Shown: piece by piece, positions 14,321 through 29,899 of the stretch
Position numbering within the stretch: the first letter of the stretch is position 1
Layout of the letters: each line of letters starts with the position of its first letter
Assembly: GCF_009914755.1 (NCBI RefSeq)
Contig: NC_060928.1
Source: the human T2T-CHM13v2.0 reference genome, Homo sapiens
Strand: one strand, 5' to 3'
Length of the DNA stretch: 64,000 nt
Program-made: the position numbers and the translations under genes
The notes under the pieces: generated by a model
What the model was told of the DNA's origin: nothing
Databases searched by the model: none
What the model saw: only the letters and a program-made list of their open reading frames with translations

Positions 14321-14719
14321 GAGTTAGAAGATGTAGGGCCATGGGAAACATTTTTATGCAATTCTCCCTAATCTACTCATGGACTGAATTAAACCATTTT
14401 AAACCCAGTCTCTTAAAGAAAGACATTTTCATTTTGATTTAATTACTTTTTAGATCCACCTAAAAAATGCAAGACCATAATATTTATTGACTCAATTGCA
14501 ACATTTTGTTGAAGGACATAAATTTTAATAATACCTAAAAGATTCTAGGATCAGGTCAACAATCATCAACAAAGTAGAGGCTTTTGCATTCTTATTATTA
14601 TTACAGTTCTTGCATTCCATAAACAAGCTTCTTGTTCTCTCTCTTATTTCTCCAAGAAAGAGAATTGCAATAGAATCTTCAGGAAATTATCTTTAATGAT
14701 TAATTCAAGTAACTAACTT

Positions 14720-14920
14720 GTTTATTGTTTTATAATGTATAATGCAGCTTTTTATATGTCATAATTGGGTAGGTATTATTATTATCATTCCCACTTTCAG
14801 GTGAGAACACAAAGAGTTAGAGATTTTGAATGACTTGCCCAAGTTAATGCAGACTTAAATGCAGACACAGAACTTGCCCCAGGGCTTTGATGCTAAAATG
14901 TGTATGCTTTCTACAGTTCA
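14720..14920 (-). mobile_element. MIR
   Basis: GGTAGGTATTATTATT..CCCACTTTCAGGTGAG..TGACTTGCCCAAG. Confidence 0.6.
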
Positions 14921-15499
14921 TTATTTTGAATTTCATTTGTGTTTCTAGATGTTTAGTTGTATCTTGGTAATTTGTTTGGCTCAGAATATTTTCTCTATAA
15001 TAACCAAGGCTTTCACGGATTATACTGGATAGAAAATCCCAGAGCTGCATGGTTGGCTTTGTCTCAGTCTTCTTCTTTAAGATGACCCTAAGTCCCATTC
15101 AGCCTGGGATGGTCTTTGTTTTATTCTTTTGTCCTGGAGTAATTGTTTATAATGCCCCTTTTACTCTCCAAATGGTCCCAGTTTGGATGATAAAGTATAT
15201 GGCCATCAACCTAATAAAGATTTTGGAACATGGCAGTATGTATTAAGCTGCTTCTTTTTATTTTGCAGAAATATGTTATTTATTTGATTGAGTTTTTTTT
15301 CCATTAATAGTTTCCATAGTTTATTTATCTCATATCATGTTTTATTTAGAATTTTATTGAGATTTGACTATGCAGTGCATCTAGAATTGTGGTGGTGATA
15401 ATAACTTTAATATACTAATTGTTGTTTACATTTATTAATCACTGATTTATCTAAGCACACACTTACCTACGTTACACCTATTATCTCATCTAATACGTA

Positions 15500-16531
<1,032 letters not shown>

Positions 16532-16544
16532 AAAAAACTTTGTG

Positions 16545-16702
16545 AAGTGGGTACTAGCATTGTCCTCCTTTACAGATGAAAACAGATCTAAAATGAAGTA
16601 TAGAGATGCCAAGTAACTTGCCCTGGGGCTTAGAGCCCATTAGCAGAGTTAGAACTTTAGCCCACATCTGACTTCAAAGTCCAAGCTTCAAATCATTCCA
16701 CT
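16545..16702 (-). mobile_element. MIR (continuation of the MIR interrupted at ~15499)
   Basis: CCTTTACAGATGAAAACAGA..AAGTAACTTGCCC..CTGACTTCAAAGTCCAAGC. Confidence 0.7.
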
Positions 16703-19700
16703 AAAATCCAGGCCCTCTTCTCTTACCCATTCTACAAGCACTGGCCTCCTACATAGCCATGAGCAAAAGTTCTCGTCCTGATTATTTGCCTGATGAAATA
16801 GTGCATAGAGGAGCATGAGAAGAGGGAAGTGTTCTACTCAACACGCTGTTGGAAACTTCACCTCTCCATATACAGTTGTGTCTACAGCTCCAAGGATATT
16901 TGTAGAAAATATAAAAAATATTTAAACCTTTGTTCTAGTATAGACTAAATATCCAGAAGATTTATTTCTTACCTTTATCCATATGTTTTAAAATGACCTG
17001 AACTATTTCAAGTCAGCAACTTGGCCAGCAAATTTTATAACATAACATTTTGAGTTCATTGATGCTAGACCTACCTTTGATTATTCATGTGGACCTGACT
17101 GTGAGAAAGGAACCAAGGAACCAAGGGTAAATGAATAGGCTTAGCCAAACATTTGGTACAAGGTTGAAACATTGTAGGTACACAAATATATACCAGAGAG
17201 ATAGAATTTTTACTATACTGCATGCTACTGGGCAGAAGTGCTGGAAGAGGGCAGAAATTTGAATATTGAAAGTGGAAAAAAATATATCTGAAATTCTATC
17301 TCAGATGTACCCCTCATGAAAAGTAAAATCAAAACTCCTGTAGCATGACCAAAATGGTATAGTGAGCCCAAGTATTTAGTTATTTAGTGTTCAGGCTGAT
17401 TGGTATTAGGAATTTAGTAATTACTCAATGTGAATTCTGCCCTCAGGGAGACCAGGGTAGCAGTGAATATGAAATACAAAACAAAATAAATGTGTTGATC
17501 ATCTTGTGACATTTGAGGGAATATTTTGGGCAGAGGGAGTTGAGAACATTTCTGAATGCAGAGAGTCGAACAACAATGAAAAAGACAGCATTTGCTCTGT
17601 GGAAGAAAAGGAGCATGGCTGTATTTGGGAGTGATAGAGGCCATTGATGTGTCAGTGACCAAAGAACAGCATCTCGTGGGGCTGCGGGGGACAGGCTATC
17701 GTGGCCTTGTGGTGGACACAGAGCACATGGGCACACAGTCTCAGTGGTACAATTACTTGAGGCAAGCACTGAAGACTAAGTAGTAAAGCGAGAAATGGTT
17801 GTGACAAGAGCCATATGGTGTGCATCCAATGTTTCTTTTGTACAATGTTGAAGATTCTGAAGGGGTAGGAAAAAAAACAATGAAGATATACTTGAACAGA
17901 CCTAGATTAAGAGATTTTGTAGAGGCTATTGCAGAGGATGAATATAAAAGAAAGATGAATATAAAGTGCCTGAGATTAAGGAATGAAGCTGAAGTATAGA
18001 CCTTCTATAAGCTAGCACAGCTCTAACTCTTCTTTTTATAGAGGTGAAATAGAAAGCAGATTTTCTTCCATTCAGCCAAACCAAACACTAATAAAATTGG
18101 CCAGCGTGAATGCAGAAATAAATCATCCCAAACATGATTAATGTTCATATGTAACAGAGTTTCTGAAAGCAGGTACAAAGTATATTTTTTCCACCATCAC
18201 GTAAACTCCATAACATTTCCATAATTTGAAATTTCAGAATAAGAAAAAACAAAACCCAGCCTAAATGCTTCTCTGAAGAGCAGTCATTATAGCTATATTT
18301 GACAAGAAAAAAATAAAACAGGTCCGTTGAAAATTAAAAGAGCAATTTTTTAAATTTCTTGTTGTTTTTCTTCATTGTGAGAATTTAGTCAGTTTATAAT
18401 AATAATGTACCATAATTTTTATTTTCATCAAAGGCTATGTTAGTACAGTAGTTACAGTGGTTCTAAAAGGTCCATGGGTATGTATGAATAGTAACCCTTC
18501 TTAGAAGGCTGCTGAGATGTTTGAAAATTATTCCAACAAAGAAAAATCCCAGACGACCAAGTCAAATTGTGAAGAAGGTTAACTTTGCATTTGTTTTTTC
18601 CTCACTGCTTTGTGCTCTTTCTTGTCTCACATTTATTCTGTCTTATTGCTTCCTCATGCTAGAAGCTTCCTCATGCTCAAGACCATTCTCTCAATGTCCT
18701 TACGCCTTTCTCAGGCCATGGACCCTGGCTGAAATTCTATTTCTTCTTTTTGCTTCAACAGAACTTCCCCATCTATTCCCCCTTCCCCCAGGGATTTATA
18801 TTCTTTGCAGGGGAAATGCTAATGGATGAGCAGGCTCAGTGTGTGTGCAGACAACATTGGTGCTCTGCCCCGGTCCCCTGCAATCCCTTGTCCCCATTTT
18901 GGGGGCCCTCCTGGCTTTGTGGGCTTTTACTTTCAATGGCCATGATCTGTTGCTTTGGGAGCCTCTTTGCTCACAAGAAGTTGGGAATTTACATGCTCTT
19001 GGAATGGTCCTTAATGAACAACTGAAAAGCATAGTATTCTGAAAGCCTAGCTCTCTCACTTGGGTCACAGGGAATGATGAAATTCAAGCTGGAGCTTGCT
19101 CAGCCTCCTCTCCTCCCCTCTTCTCCCTCCCCCTCCCCTGCTTCCTTCTCCTCTTCCTGATATCCCCGGAAGTGGGTATATCTCGTAGACATAATCTTGG
19201 TCTCAGAGTCTACTTCGTGGTACCAAATTTAAGGCAGTACCAAATGTAAGGCATTTCTTATTTCCTTCCACTATAGAAAATAAGAAATGTCATTCTCCTA
19301 AATGCCATAGGTAGGGACAAGATAATAAACAACTAGAGAAGAGTTTATTGAGCTTTTCATACTTATAGGGGCACAAAAAAGACTAAGTTTTTATGTTTTA
19401 GCTGTGATGACTGAAGTCATGATGCTTTAGTTCAAAGGACTTAACTCCTTAATGATGGAACAGTGTGCCTATGTGAGGTAGGGACTGTTATGTTCAAGTG
19501 CCTTGAAATGGTGCCCTGAAACTCTGTAGGTGACTACTCAATTGCCTATGCATAAGGTAGGGTTTAGTTATAGAGGTAGACTAGGTTATATCTTCAAATC
19601 CAAGTTACTGTTTTTCTCATCCCTAAAATGGGGTTGTAGTGAAGTTCAAATAAGATAATGAAATTACCTAGTGCTTAGCCTGTGCTTAACACATTAAATT

Positions 19701-19724
19701 CATCAACATTTGCAATTTCTTGCA

Positions 19725-19930
19725 AAGTATATTGTATGTAACACCCCAAAACTCAGTTGCCTTAAAATCATAATCTCATATTTAGCTTGCAGTCCTGTGG
19801 GTCGGGAGTTTAGGGCTTGGTGGTTCTTTGGGACCTCACTGGGCTCAGTGACAAGTCTGGGTGTCGGGTGACTGCTGGCTGGGGGAGCTTGTGACTGGTT
19901 GCCTCATTTCTATATGGGCTGGCTGTTGTT
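19725..19930 (-). mobile_element. Old MaLR LTR fragment (MLT1H/J-like)
   Basis: TAACACCCCAAAACTCAGTTGCCTTAAAA..CTGTGGGTCGGGAGTTTAGGG. Confidence 0.5.
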
Positions 19931-22900
19931 GAACTTAACGACTTTAAGTCAAATTGAAATAGATTTAAATTATAGTTTAGCATTTTATTAAAGCATGACT
20001 TTGAGTAAGTACTTTACTTTTTTAAATGCCCCAGTTGCCATGTCTATAGAATGAAATTCTTCAAATCAGGGAAATTCATTTTGAAATAGACCAATTAATA
20101 GAATTATAAGTAGCAGAATCACAACAAAATGTAAGTTCATTTTGCTTAAAGATTGAAGTCTTGAAATGCATGGCTCACAAAATATAGTAACTATTAGTGG
20201 TAAATCTCAATGTACATTTTATGGTGCCACTTGATATAATTGAGAGCTACTAGTTAGATATTAGATGCATTGAATGTACCTTCTATTGGGTTTCTGTCGT
20301 AGGGAAACTGGTTAGCTTTATTAATAAGGACATTAATAACATTAAGTTCATCCATTTGATCTTAGTGTGGGCCAGTGAACTTTCATGTTTCATGATCACA
20401 GATTGGATTCCTAATCCTTGTGTTTATTATGTGGATTTGTAATGCTTAAGATGAGAACACTAATGAAACGGGTCAGTATGGACACGACAGTACAAATCCC
20501 AAAAGGCCATATGTACGTATGTGTGAGTGTGTATGTGCGCAAGCCTGCGTGTGTGTGTGTGTAATAATGTAGCACAGCAAAGTGGGTGCAAAGGATCCAG
20601 GAGGCATTAGGTTAGAATCAGGATGTTAGTATAGCTGTGAAATACACCATAAACTCATGACAATGACGGGGAAATACTCAAAGTGCATATATAGTTAATA
20701 CATGAGAAAATTCATTTTTTAACATTTTCTTAATTTTTTTTTTTGTTTTACTTGCCACTTGGTAGCAAAGAAGATTCATTTTTTGAAAGGAAGGACAGCA
20801 TGATTTTTGTTTGCTCTCCCTGGTCCTTAGTTCTAGGTTTATAAAATAAGAGTGGTGATATACTTTTCCCATATATTAATTACATCATTTATTTAAGCAG
20901 ACCCGGGGAGAAAGTACTTTGGGCTCCTTAGAAGAAAGGCACAATATTCAGCTAAGAGGGTCTATTATTTTTATGATTTCCTTCAGAAAATGCTCAAATA
21001 TAGATTTATTGTTGGAATAGGGAAAGTATATTTTGCCCTGGAATAGCAAACCACAGAGATAATCAAAGTCGATTTATGAATTGCTGAACTCTTAAATTTA
21101 AAAAGAGCTAAAGAGCCAAGAAAATTCTTGGTGCCTAAATAACATGGAACTAACAGAACTGAAAGGACCATTCTGGCTCCACAATTCTCAATTCTATGAT
21201 TTTGTGATTTTATATACATGGGGTGCCATGTTTTAAGGTGCACTAATTAAGCGCCTCTCCTACAAACTGTTCCATTTTTCCTACTTGCCTCCTTCTAATT
21301 AAATAAACTCTTGATCTTGATCATTGGCCTTCTCTGTGGGTTCTTTGCATAGGAGTTATAACTTTTCATATGCTCTGAACCCTTTCAAGCCAAAGCAACC
21401 CATTTGTTAGTAACTAGGAGGTTATCTTTGTTTTTAGATATGTTTCACTGTCGACCCTGTCTCGTATATTTCCTCCATGCTCAAGTTTACTTGCCAGAGA
21501 GTACTTACACTATAGGAAATAAGAAATCTTATTCTCCTAAATTCAATAGGTGGGACAAGATCACAAATAATTAGAGAATAGTGTATTGGGCTTTTGTACT
21601 TTTAAAAATTATGGGGCATAAAAAAGACTAAGAAAAACCCAAAGATAAATGTGAAAATCAAACACAGGTTGATGTTGCTCTTGGTCAGGCCAAGAAGCCT
21701 GAGATGCAGCAAATATGTCAGGTGAAGTAAAGGGATTGACAGTTCACAGGCTGCAGAATTCCTCTTGTACTTTTTCTCACTGTGTAAGTAAACGACATTG
21801 TTATTAATCACTGAATCTCATGGGAGAATATGCAGCTGCATCTTGCCTCAAAATAGCTGCCATTTCCAGATAGTTGGTCTTATGCTGGGCTTGGCCACAG
21901 CCCTGAGGAACAGACCATTTTGGAAGACAAAGCTAGTGGCTTTCTCCACTGCTTACTTCTTTCTAAAATCAAATGTAGAACCAGAAGAGAAACATGTTGA
22001 TCTAGCCAGCATTTCCACTGCTCTAGATAGTATTATGAATGATGAGAAACTCTTTAGCAGAACACAACAGAAAAAAAAAAGGTTTAGGTTTCTTATTTCT
22101 ATTATATTTATTATTTTCTAGATCAAGGGTTTTAAAAAAATTTAATTTAGAGAGAGAAATTTCCTTTCTTAGTTTAGAGGTATTTCACTGGAGACAGCAG
22201 CAACCACAATTGCCAAGTAGCTAGAGGAAATGGCTTCTCAAATAGAAGGGAATGTTATTAATTCCTAAGATAGCAGTATGGTAAATTCAAAGGAATTAGT
22301 TTGTAAATTTGACTTGGTAATGAACCACTGAAGAAAAAAAAGGGGCTAAAAATTTCTCCTAAATCAATAGCTGACACTGGATACCTGAAATGCCATGACA
22401 CTTTTACAGAACATTTTAAATAGCTGGTAAAAATAAAATGAGTCAATTATATCATAGGACTTGACAAAGAGAGTCCTAATGGTTGAGTCTTAAAAGAATA
22501 TGCAGAATATAAACCTAGGGAAAACCTCTTAGAAAAGCTGGAGAATAAGGACCTTTTGTGTTTTGTCTGGAAAACTTAAATACTAAGGGGAAAAAAAAAT
22601 CCATGAATCCTTGATTACAGCCCATAGTTTCGTAATCCAAATCCTATTTTTCATCTGTAATACCCAGGAAAGGGGATCTCACTTTCATAATGAGAAAGAA
22701 AATAAAGGTAAATTTAGAACAGTAAGAGAGCACATAGAAAAAGAAACAGGCCTGAGAGGCATTTGCAGGTTTAAGGTAACAGGGCTCCATAAAGAGGAAA
22801 CTGCAAGAGAAGGGAAAAAGTCCCTGTCCATCATGCCTGTTTAAAGAAACTTAGTGCCTTGAGGTTACATAACATAATAATGGCCAAGATAATTTTTAGT

Positions 22901-23024
22901 GAAATAAAATGTTAAACTATGAACGTACATGTAAAATTACACTCAGGAATATAATTGAGGTTTCATGGTATGAAAATTAAATGACTTATGAACTATAAGC
23001 TACTATCGTTGGAAAATTTATATA

Positions 23025-23061
<37 letters not shown>

Positions 23062-23063
23062 AT
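23025..23063. repeat. (TG)n microsatellite
   Basis: Read directly from the sequence. Confidence 0.9.
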
Positions 23064-23284
23064 CTTGGCCACAAGATATAGATATCTAAAGCCTCTTTTT
23101 ATATGTATTGTTTGATACGTTTAAACTAAGGGGTTATTTTACCATGGATTCAAACAAAACACACATACATACATAACACACAACCACATATGTCACCCCT
23201 CCCACCTTTCATAAATTAAACAGCCAACTGCCTCAGCCTTCATCCACTTTTCTTATCACCTGTTACCAAAAGAAATCTAACATC

Positions 23285-23640
<356 letters not shown>

Positions 23641-25068
23641 TCACCATCTGGTGTTCACTGAGGGCTGTTTGGTACTAGCCAGAGGGAAGGTGGGTGGGAT
23701 GCCCTGTGTCCCGGGAGAGTTCAGCTTTGTTAGAAGTGGAGACCTGGGAGTGGAAGGTGGAAGCAGCGCCCAGAGGTGAGCTACACAGGCTTAGACAGGG
23801 TGAAGAGAGCGCACTCAGGCCACGCGTAGGTCGCTGCCAGTTTATTCTCTGAAAACATTTTAAGACAAGGGGAACATTGGATTTCAAAGGCTCAGGGAAC
23901 ACTTCTCCTTTAGTCCCTTGCCCATTTAGCAGTTTGAGGCTGCCATTTGTGCACTAGAGAAATTGTGACATTGCAAGTTCCTGTTGTATTAATATTTGAC
24001 TGTTTTATATGTAGTCGTTAAGGTAAATGTTTAATAAGCAATCACAAGTCAGTTATGGGCGCTGTTTCTGTTTTTTTCTATGGATGTAGTTGTGAGCAGC
24101 TCTGGGAGAAGAACAAAGCATATGCAGAAGATTTCAAAGTGAGTTTTATTGCTTCATTAACGTTCTTACAGTGTTTCCCTCCAACACTACTAACTGAATG
24201 GAATAAAAGAAGCTGCCTTCAAAGAAGGATAGAGTCACTTCCTTTCCCCACGTCTGCTTTAATTGTCTAGTTTTTGTTATCTATTCATTTTTTCTTCAGA
24301 ACCTAAAGCCTCTTACTTATTATATGTATTGTTTGATACATTTAAACTAAGGGGTTATTTTACCATGGATTCAAACAACAAAAATAGACAAGTGAACTTT
24401 CTGGATTTTCAGTTCCCATGCCCAACCCCTTTTTCTAATAACAAAGGATGGCATTTTCTCTTGAACATGTTTGTCTGTTTTTCTTTGAGCTTTTTACCTC
24501 TAATTTTCCGTAATTAACCACATTGGCTGAAGCTTATATACTGTGGTTATTTACTGATACTAATTTAGCTTTTCCTCTTTACATTTTTCTGCTAATGCAG
24601 TCTATTTCTTTTATTAAAAAATGTTCTAGGCAATTTTACTTCCAGCAACCCCAAGTCATTGGCCTTTATTTTGTTCTTTATTCCATTTCCGAAATGGACA
24701 ATGATAAATGAACAGCCATCAAAGCCCTGTAGTACGATGACTGTGACCTTAATTTTGCAGTTAACACTCTATATTGCTTGTCTGAAATGTGCACTCCATC
24801 CTTTTCTCTTGGCTTTTCACTGCCTGCTTGTGTTTTGTTTTCTTTGTTTTCATGTTCTTTTTCATTAAGACCAGTTCCTCTCTATGAAACACCTCACTGT
24901 AGAACACTAAGACAGGCCTCACAGACCAAGGATCAACTAAACCCTACATAACTGTGTAGTCTTCCCACTCTGAAATATATGCATACAAAAGTATAACCAA
25001 CATTAATATATACATAATATATATAGATATCTACATAGTTTACTAATATGTAAAATATATTTTTTGTG

Positions 25069-25115
25069 TATCTGTATCATCTATCCATCTACCTATCTAC
25101 TATCTATCTATCTCT
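25069..25115. repeat. Degenerate (TATC)n microsatellite
   Basis: Read directly from the sequence. Confidence 0.75.
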
Positions 25116-25924
25116 TCAGAAAAGAAATTCAAAGATTAATATGTTATCACTCACCTCTAGAAGAAAGAACATTTTTCTTTTGGTGATGGAGGGGCATTGA
25201 AAATCCAAAACCAACTTTAAAAAGAAACTTGACCTATCCTTCAAATGCCTTTCTAAAGAAGTACTTCCAAGGCGTTGCCTCTGGTTGCTCTGTGAATGGT
25301 CATGGAGAAGCAACTCTTACAGGTGTGAAGGGGCAGTTGCAATCCAGTCTTCACAGGCTTGTGCAAGTGTCTGCCCAGATAGTGTCATGATGCTAAGAAA
25401 GGAGACAGTAATGCTCTGTCAAATGTGTCAGGAAGAAAATTATGGTGGTCAAGAGCCACTCATCAGCCACTGAACACTGACTTCCACTGCTTCACACGGC
25501 CTTCCCACTGCAAATCTCTATTCCAAATATAAATACACAACTTACAAGGAAGAAAAAAAGGGGACCAGCCCCAGGGTCCCCTGTTTTCACCTATGGTACT
25601 TGTATTTCTCTGTTCTTTCTGGGAGTGGACTTGCATGGGTATTTGTTTCCGCTAATACCCGTGATAGCTAATACTCATGACACAGCAGCTGGTCCCTGAG
25701 CTCCAGGTACATATTGGGTACAAATGAGGAGATTAGGCAGGCACAGCAATGCTTTCTGGTGAGGACACAGGTACTAACAGTTTTCTTAGCACCTACTTTT
25801 CTTGAGTAAGAAATGACTAGCCTGTCCTGTGACTCACTGGTGAGCTAGGACTTTAAGTGGCTTCAGGTAGAATCTGGTCTTTCCTAGGACTTCCACCAAA
25901 TCTGCTATACTTCATGGTGACAAT

Positions 25925-26165
25925 AATAGTGAATATTCACCAGTTACCAGTGTGCCAGGTGTGGACTCTGGGCTTTAAATATGTCAGGCCATTTAATCCT
26001 CTCTATAAATCTTAAGATGGGTTCTGTAGTTAGCACTGTTTTGAAGATCAGAAAACTAAGGCACTGAGAGACTAAATAACCTCCCCTAAAGTTACATAGA
26101 AAGGAAACAGCAGAATTAGCATCAAACTCAGTCAGTCTGGCTCCAAGCACTTTGTCCTTCACTAT
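25925..26165 (-). mobile_element. MIR
   Basis: TGTGCCAGG..CATTTAATCCTC..GAAAACTAAGGCACTGAGAG..CAGTCTGGCTCCAAG. Confidence 0.7.
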
Positions 26166-26699
26166 TCTGAGGGACGGAGGCATGGTGGGACAGGATGATT
26201 CTGGCAACTTGCCTTTTCTCACCGTCTCTTTACAATTCTCTGGAATAGGAATTGACTTCCAAAGTGGCTTTGTGAGGACAGCTCTTAGGTAAGGGTGGAT
26301 GCTGGCTCCAGCATACTAAATGCAAGCTATTTCGCCACAGGAGTTAATTTGTTCCTGTGTTGCTGGGATATATACCAAGTAATCTAAGGAAGATGAGTGT
26401 GTGACTGAAAATCTCTGGGCAGAGTATACTTTTCCTGTGTGTGCAGAGCTTCTCTCAGTGTAGACAGCCCTGGTTAAATATTAAGGAAAGGTTATTTGAG
26501 GAGAGTGGCACAATCTTACTTCATGGAAACTATATCCATGTGGTCATGTGCTTAAGGTGTGGCTAGCTACTGGAAAGTGTTGTAACTTACTTTGTGGGAC
26601 ACATAAAAACAAACTAACACTTTGAGGGAGTAATTGAATATATACAAAGTATTATATTGTGACTTATTAAAAAAGAAAATACTAGAAGGAGAGGTGGAA

Positions 26700-26890
26700 T
26701 AATACTTATGTTTGTCACTAAACCATTTGCAAGTGAATTTCACATTATCTCACCTAATCTTGTTTATAGACAAGGAACTGGACCTTACAGAGATTAAGTA
26801 ACTTCCCCAAGGTCACAAATGTAATAAGGGCAGAACTGGATTTGAAATCAAGTTTGTGAATACCAAAGTCCTTGATCTTTCTATATCACC
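26700..26890 (-). mobile_element. MIR followed by (TG)n at 26891-26928
   Basis: AGAGATTAAGTAACTTCCCCAAGGTCACA..GGCAGAACTGGATTTGAA. Confidence 0.7.
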
Positions 26891-26923
<33 letters not shown>

Positions 26924-27310
26924 TGTGTTGGAAAAGGAGGGAGATTGGCAATGGGGGAGGGGAGTGTACTGAATAGAATTTTAAAAACACAAAGTGGTTT
27001 CCCCTAATAGTTCCAGTAAAAGCTCAGTGATATCACTTCTATACATAAGTGCTAGAGGTCATTGACTTAACAAATATTATTGAGCATTGCTATGTGAAAT
27101 ATAGTAGTGAAATAACTGAAAAAATTACAGGATATAAAGAGGTAGAAGAGCCCAGGAATGCCTTGAGTTATGAAGATTGTCACACCCCAGTGGCCAGCTC
27201 CAGCTCATGCCGATGGTGGCTGGAAATCTCTGATTTCGTATCTCTATATACCCATTTATTTTTTGTTCACTGCTTCCTTCATACATTTTCTTTGAATATC
27301 AGGTCATTTA

Positions 27311-27628
<318 letters not shown>

Positions 27629-29094
27629 TAGCAGGTCATTTAATTCCATCCACGCAATTCTTTTCATTCCAAGTTCAAGTGACAGTGGGGCCTACACTAG
27701 AGAGCTTTCAGTAGAATCTAAATGGTAGAGGAAGGTGGAGATAATATTGAAAAGAAGCAAAAAAATAATAATAATAAACAATTACTTATGGTATAGGGAT
27801 GGTGGAGTGGAGTAGGGCTCGTGGTGTAAAATGATTTTTAACAGAGAAAGTCTCCTTTACTCCCAGGCCCCTTGTTTCTGGGGAACCAAAAAGATATTGC
27901 TATTGATGCATCATTCTTTAGAAAATAAATATTAACATCTATTATAAACAATTCACTAACAAAACACTGCTGCTACTAGGATTAATGGTCACAATAATGA
28001 TTATAGTTATGGCCAAACTGAACTTCCTATAGGAAGAAGAGATTATCAGGCCTCCAGTGGGATGATTGCTATAAAATATGTTTCCAGGGAAGGAGGAATT
28101 TGTTGAATCTCATTGTGATATGGTCGTGAGGCTTTAGGGCTTGCCCTGTGGCATGGAGGGTAATCAGGCTAGCAATAACTCATCATGAAGTTGGAATCCA
28201 ATATTTCTCCTTATTAATTCATGCCACAGGAAAGTTACATGCCACATATTACTGAGTGCCCATACTCTTGAGAAAGGAAGTGCTAACTTTTCCTATTCCT
28301 CTACTCCTCCTCATAAACACACCACACCCTTATTTAGTTCAAGAGTGCTTAATCAGGAAATAACGAAATTGTGAGTAATAAGTCATATTATCAGTGTGAT
28401 AGGGGAGTGATAAGTACACATTGAGCGTTCAATACCTCTCAACAACCAGTCAATAAAAATAGGAGGGACAGTAATTAAGATGAATCTCCACTTGGAAGTG
28501 GTAGCCTGGGAGGGGAAATGGTAGTAAAGAGTTATGCTGCCCCCAGGAGCCAGCAAAGCCCTCGTGTTCCTTGGAACTCAATACCCACCCTGTAAGAAAT
28601 GCCATAACATTAAGCAGATACACACCTCAGCTTTCACAAGTTGTGCTGGTTACCCATATTATGGGCCAGAGTTTCAGGGTGGCTTAAAGAGAAGGAGGAA
28701 GAGAAGGAGACTGTGGCAAGGCTGCTAGGGACACCATAATGTTCTTGAGAAGGCAGCATGATGAATGAGTGAAGAACGAAGGCATAAGGGGTGAAGACTG
28801 AGAATCAAAAGACTTGGACCTTCCTCAAAGAAGCTTGGACTTCACACCTGAATCTCATTTCCTTATCTGTAAAAGGAGGACCGTGGGCTAGGGCAGTGCC
28901 ACGGTTTCTTCCTGTTTTAAAGTCCCTAGATTCTGAGCTAATGTCATTTCAGAATCTGTACAGAACTGACACATATCTTTGATCACCAGTGAAATCCTAG
29001 GTTGCTTGCCTGACCACAGCATTTCCCTATCTGCCCTATAAGCATTTATCAAGCAGCATAGTGTTCTCTGGCAGCATCATTTATTTTCAAGGAT

Positions 29095-29860
29095 GCTCTT
29101 TGGGGATAACTTTGTATGGTGATATAATTTCAAACTTATGAAAAAGCTGCATGAATTGCATAAGGAATTCCAATAATACTTTTTTCCAGATTCACCAATT
29201 ATTTACATCTTGCCCCATTTGCTTACTCCCTCTCTGCATGTATATCTGCATACATATTCATATATCTTATATATATTTGTAGAGAATCATTTGAGAGTAA
29301 GTTTGATGCATCGTGACCATTTATTGTTAGTTTACTGTATATCTCCTAAGAACACAGACATCTCCTACATAACCATAGTCCAATTATCAAAACAAGAACA
29401 TTTAGCATTGATATATACTATAATATACAGTCCACATTTGATTTTAATTAATTATGCAAATAATGTTTTAATTGATAGTTTCTCTTGTCCAGGATTCAAT
29501 TCAGATTCACAGACTGCAGTTAGTTGTCTCTTTGGTCTCTTTAAACATGGAATAATGCCTGTCTTCCTTTGACTTTCTTGACAAAATGTTTGAAGAGTAC
29601 AAGTCATCTGTTGTATAGAATGTCCTTCAATTATGTCTTGTCCGATATTTCCTTATGGTAAGATTCAGATTATGCATTTTTAGGACAGTTGCACCACTGA
29701 AGTTATATAGTATACTTAGTGTGTCATATCAGGTGGCACATGCTATTGGTTCATTCCAATACTGATGAACTGTTAACTCTGATCACTTGGTTAAGTTATG
29801 TATATCTTTCCCTTTACAATTAATACAATTTCAATTCATAATATAAGATTCTAATTACAT
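29095..29860 (-). mobile_element. L1MC4/5-like 3' region
   Basis: ATAATTTCAAACTTA..CCAGATTCACCAATT..CTCCTAAGAACA..TGTCCAGGATTCAAT..TTGAAGAGTACAAG. Confidence 0.7.
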
Positions 29861-29899
29861 ATACTTTAGACTGTTTGATATTGCTATTCTACTTTTCAC

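Noticed and set aside
17540-17830. GC-richer patch with a 63-aa ORF as a possible exon or processed pseudogene
   Set aside because: No recognisable protein similarity, poly-A, TSD or convincing splice-site pair
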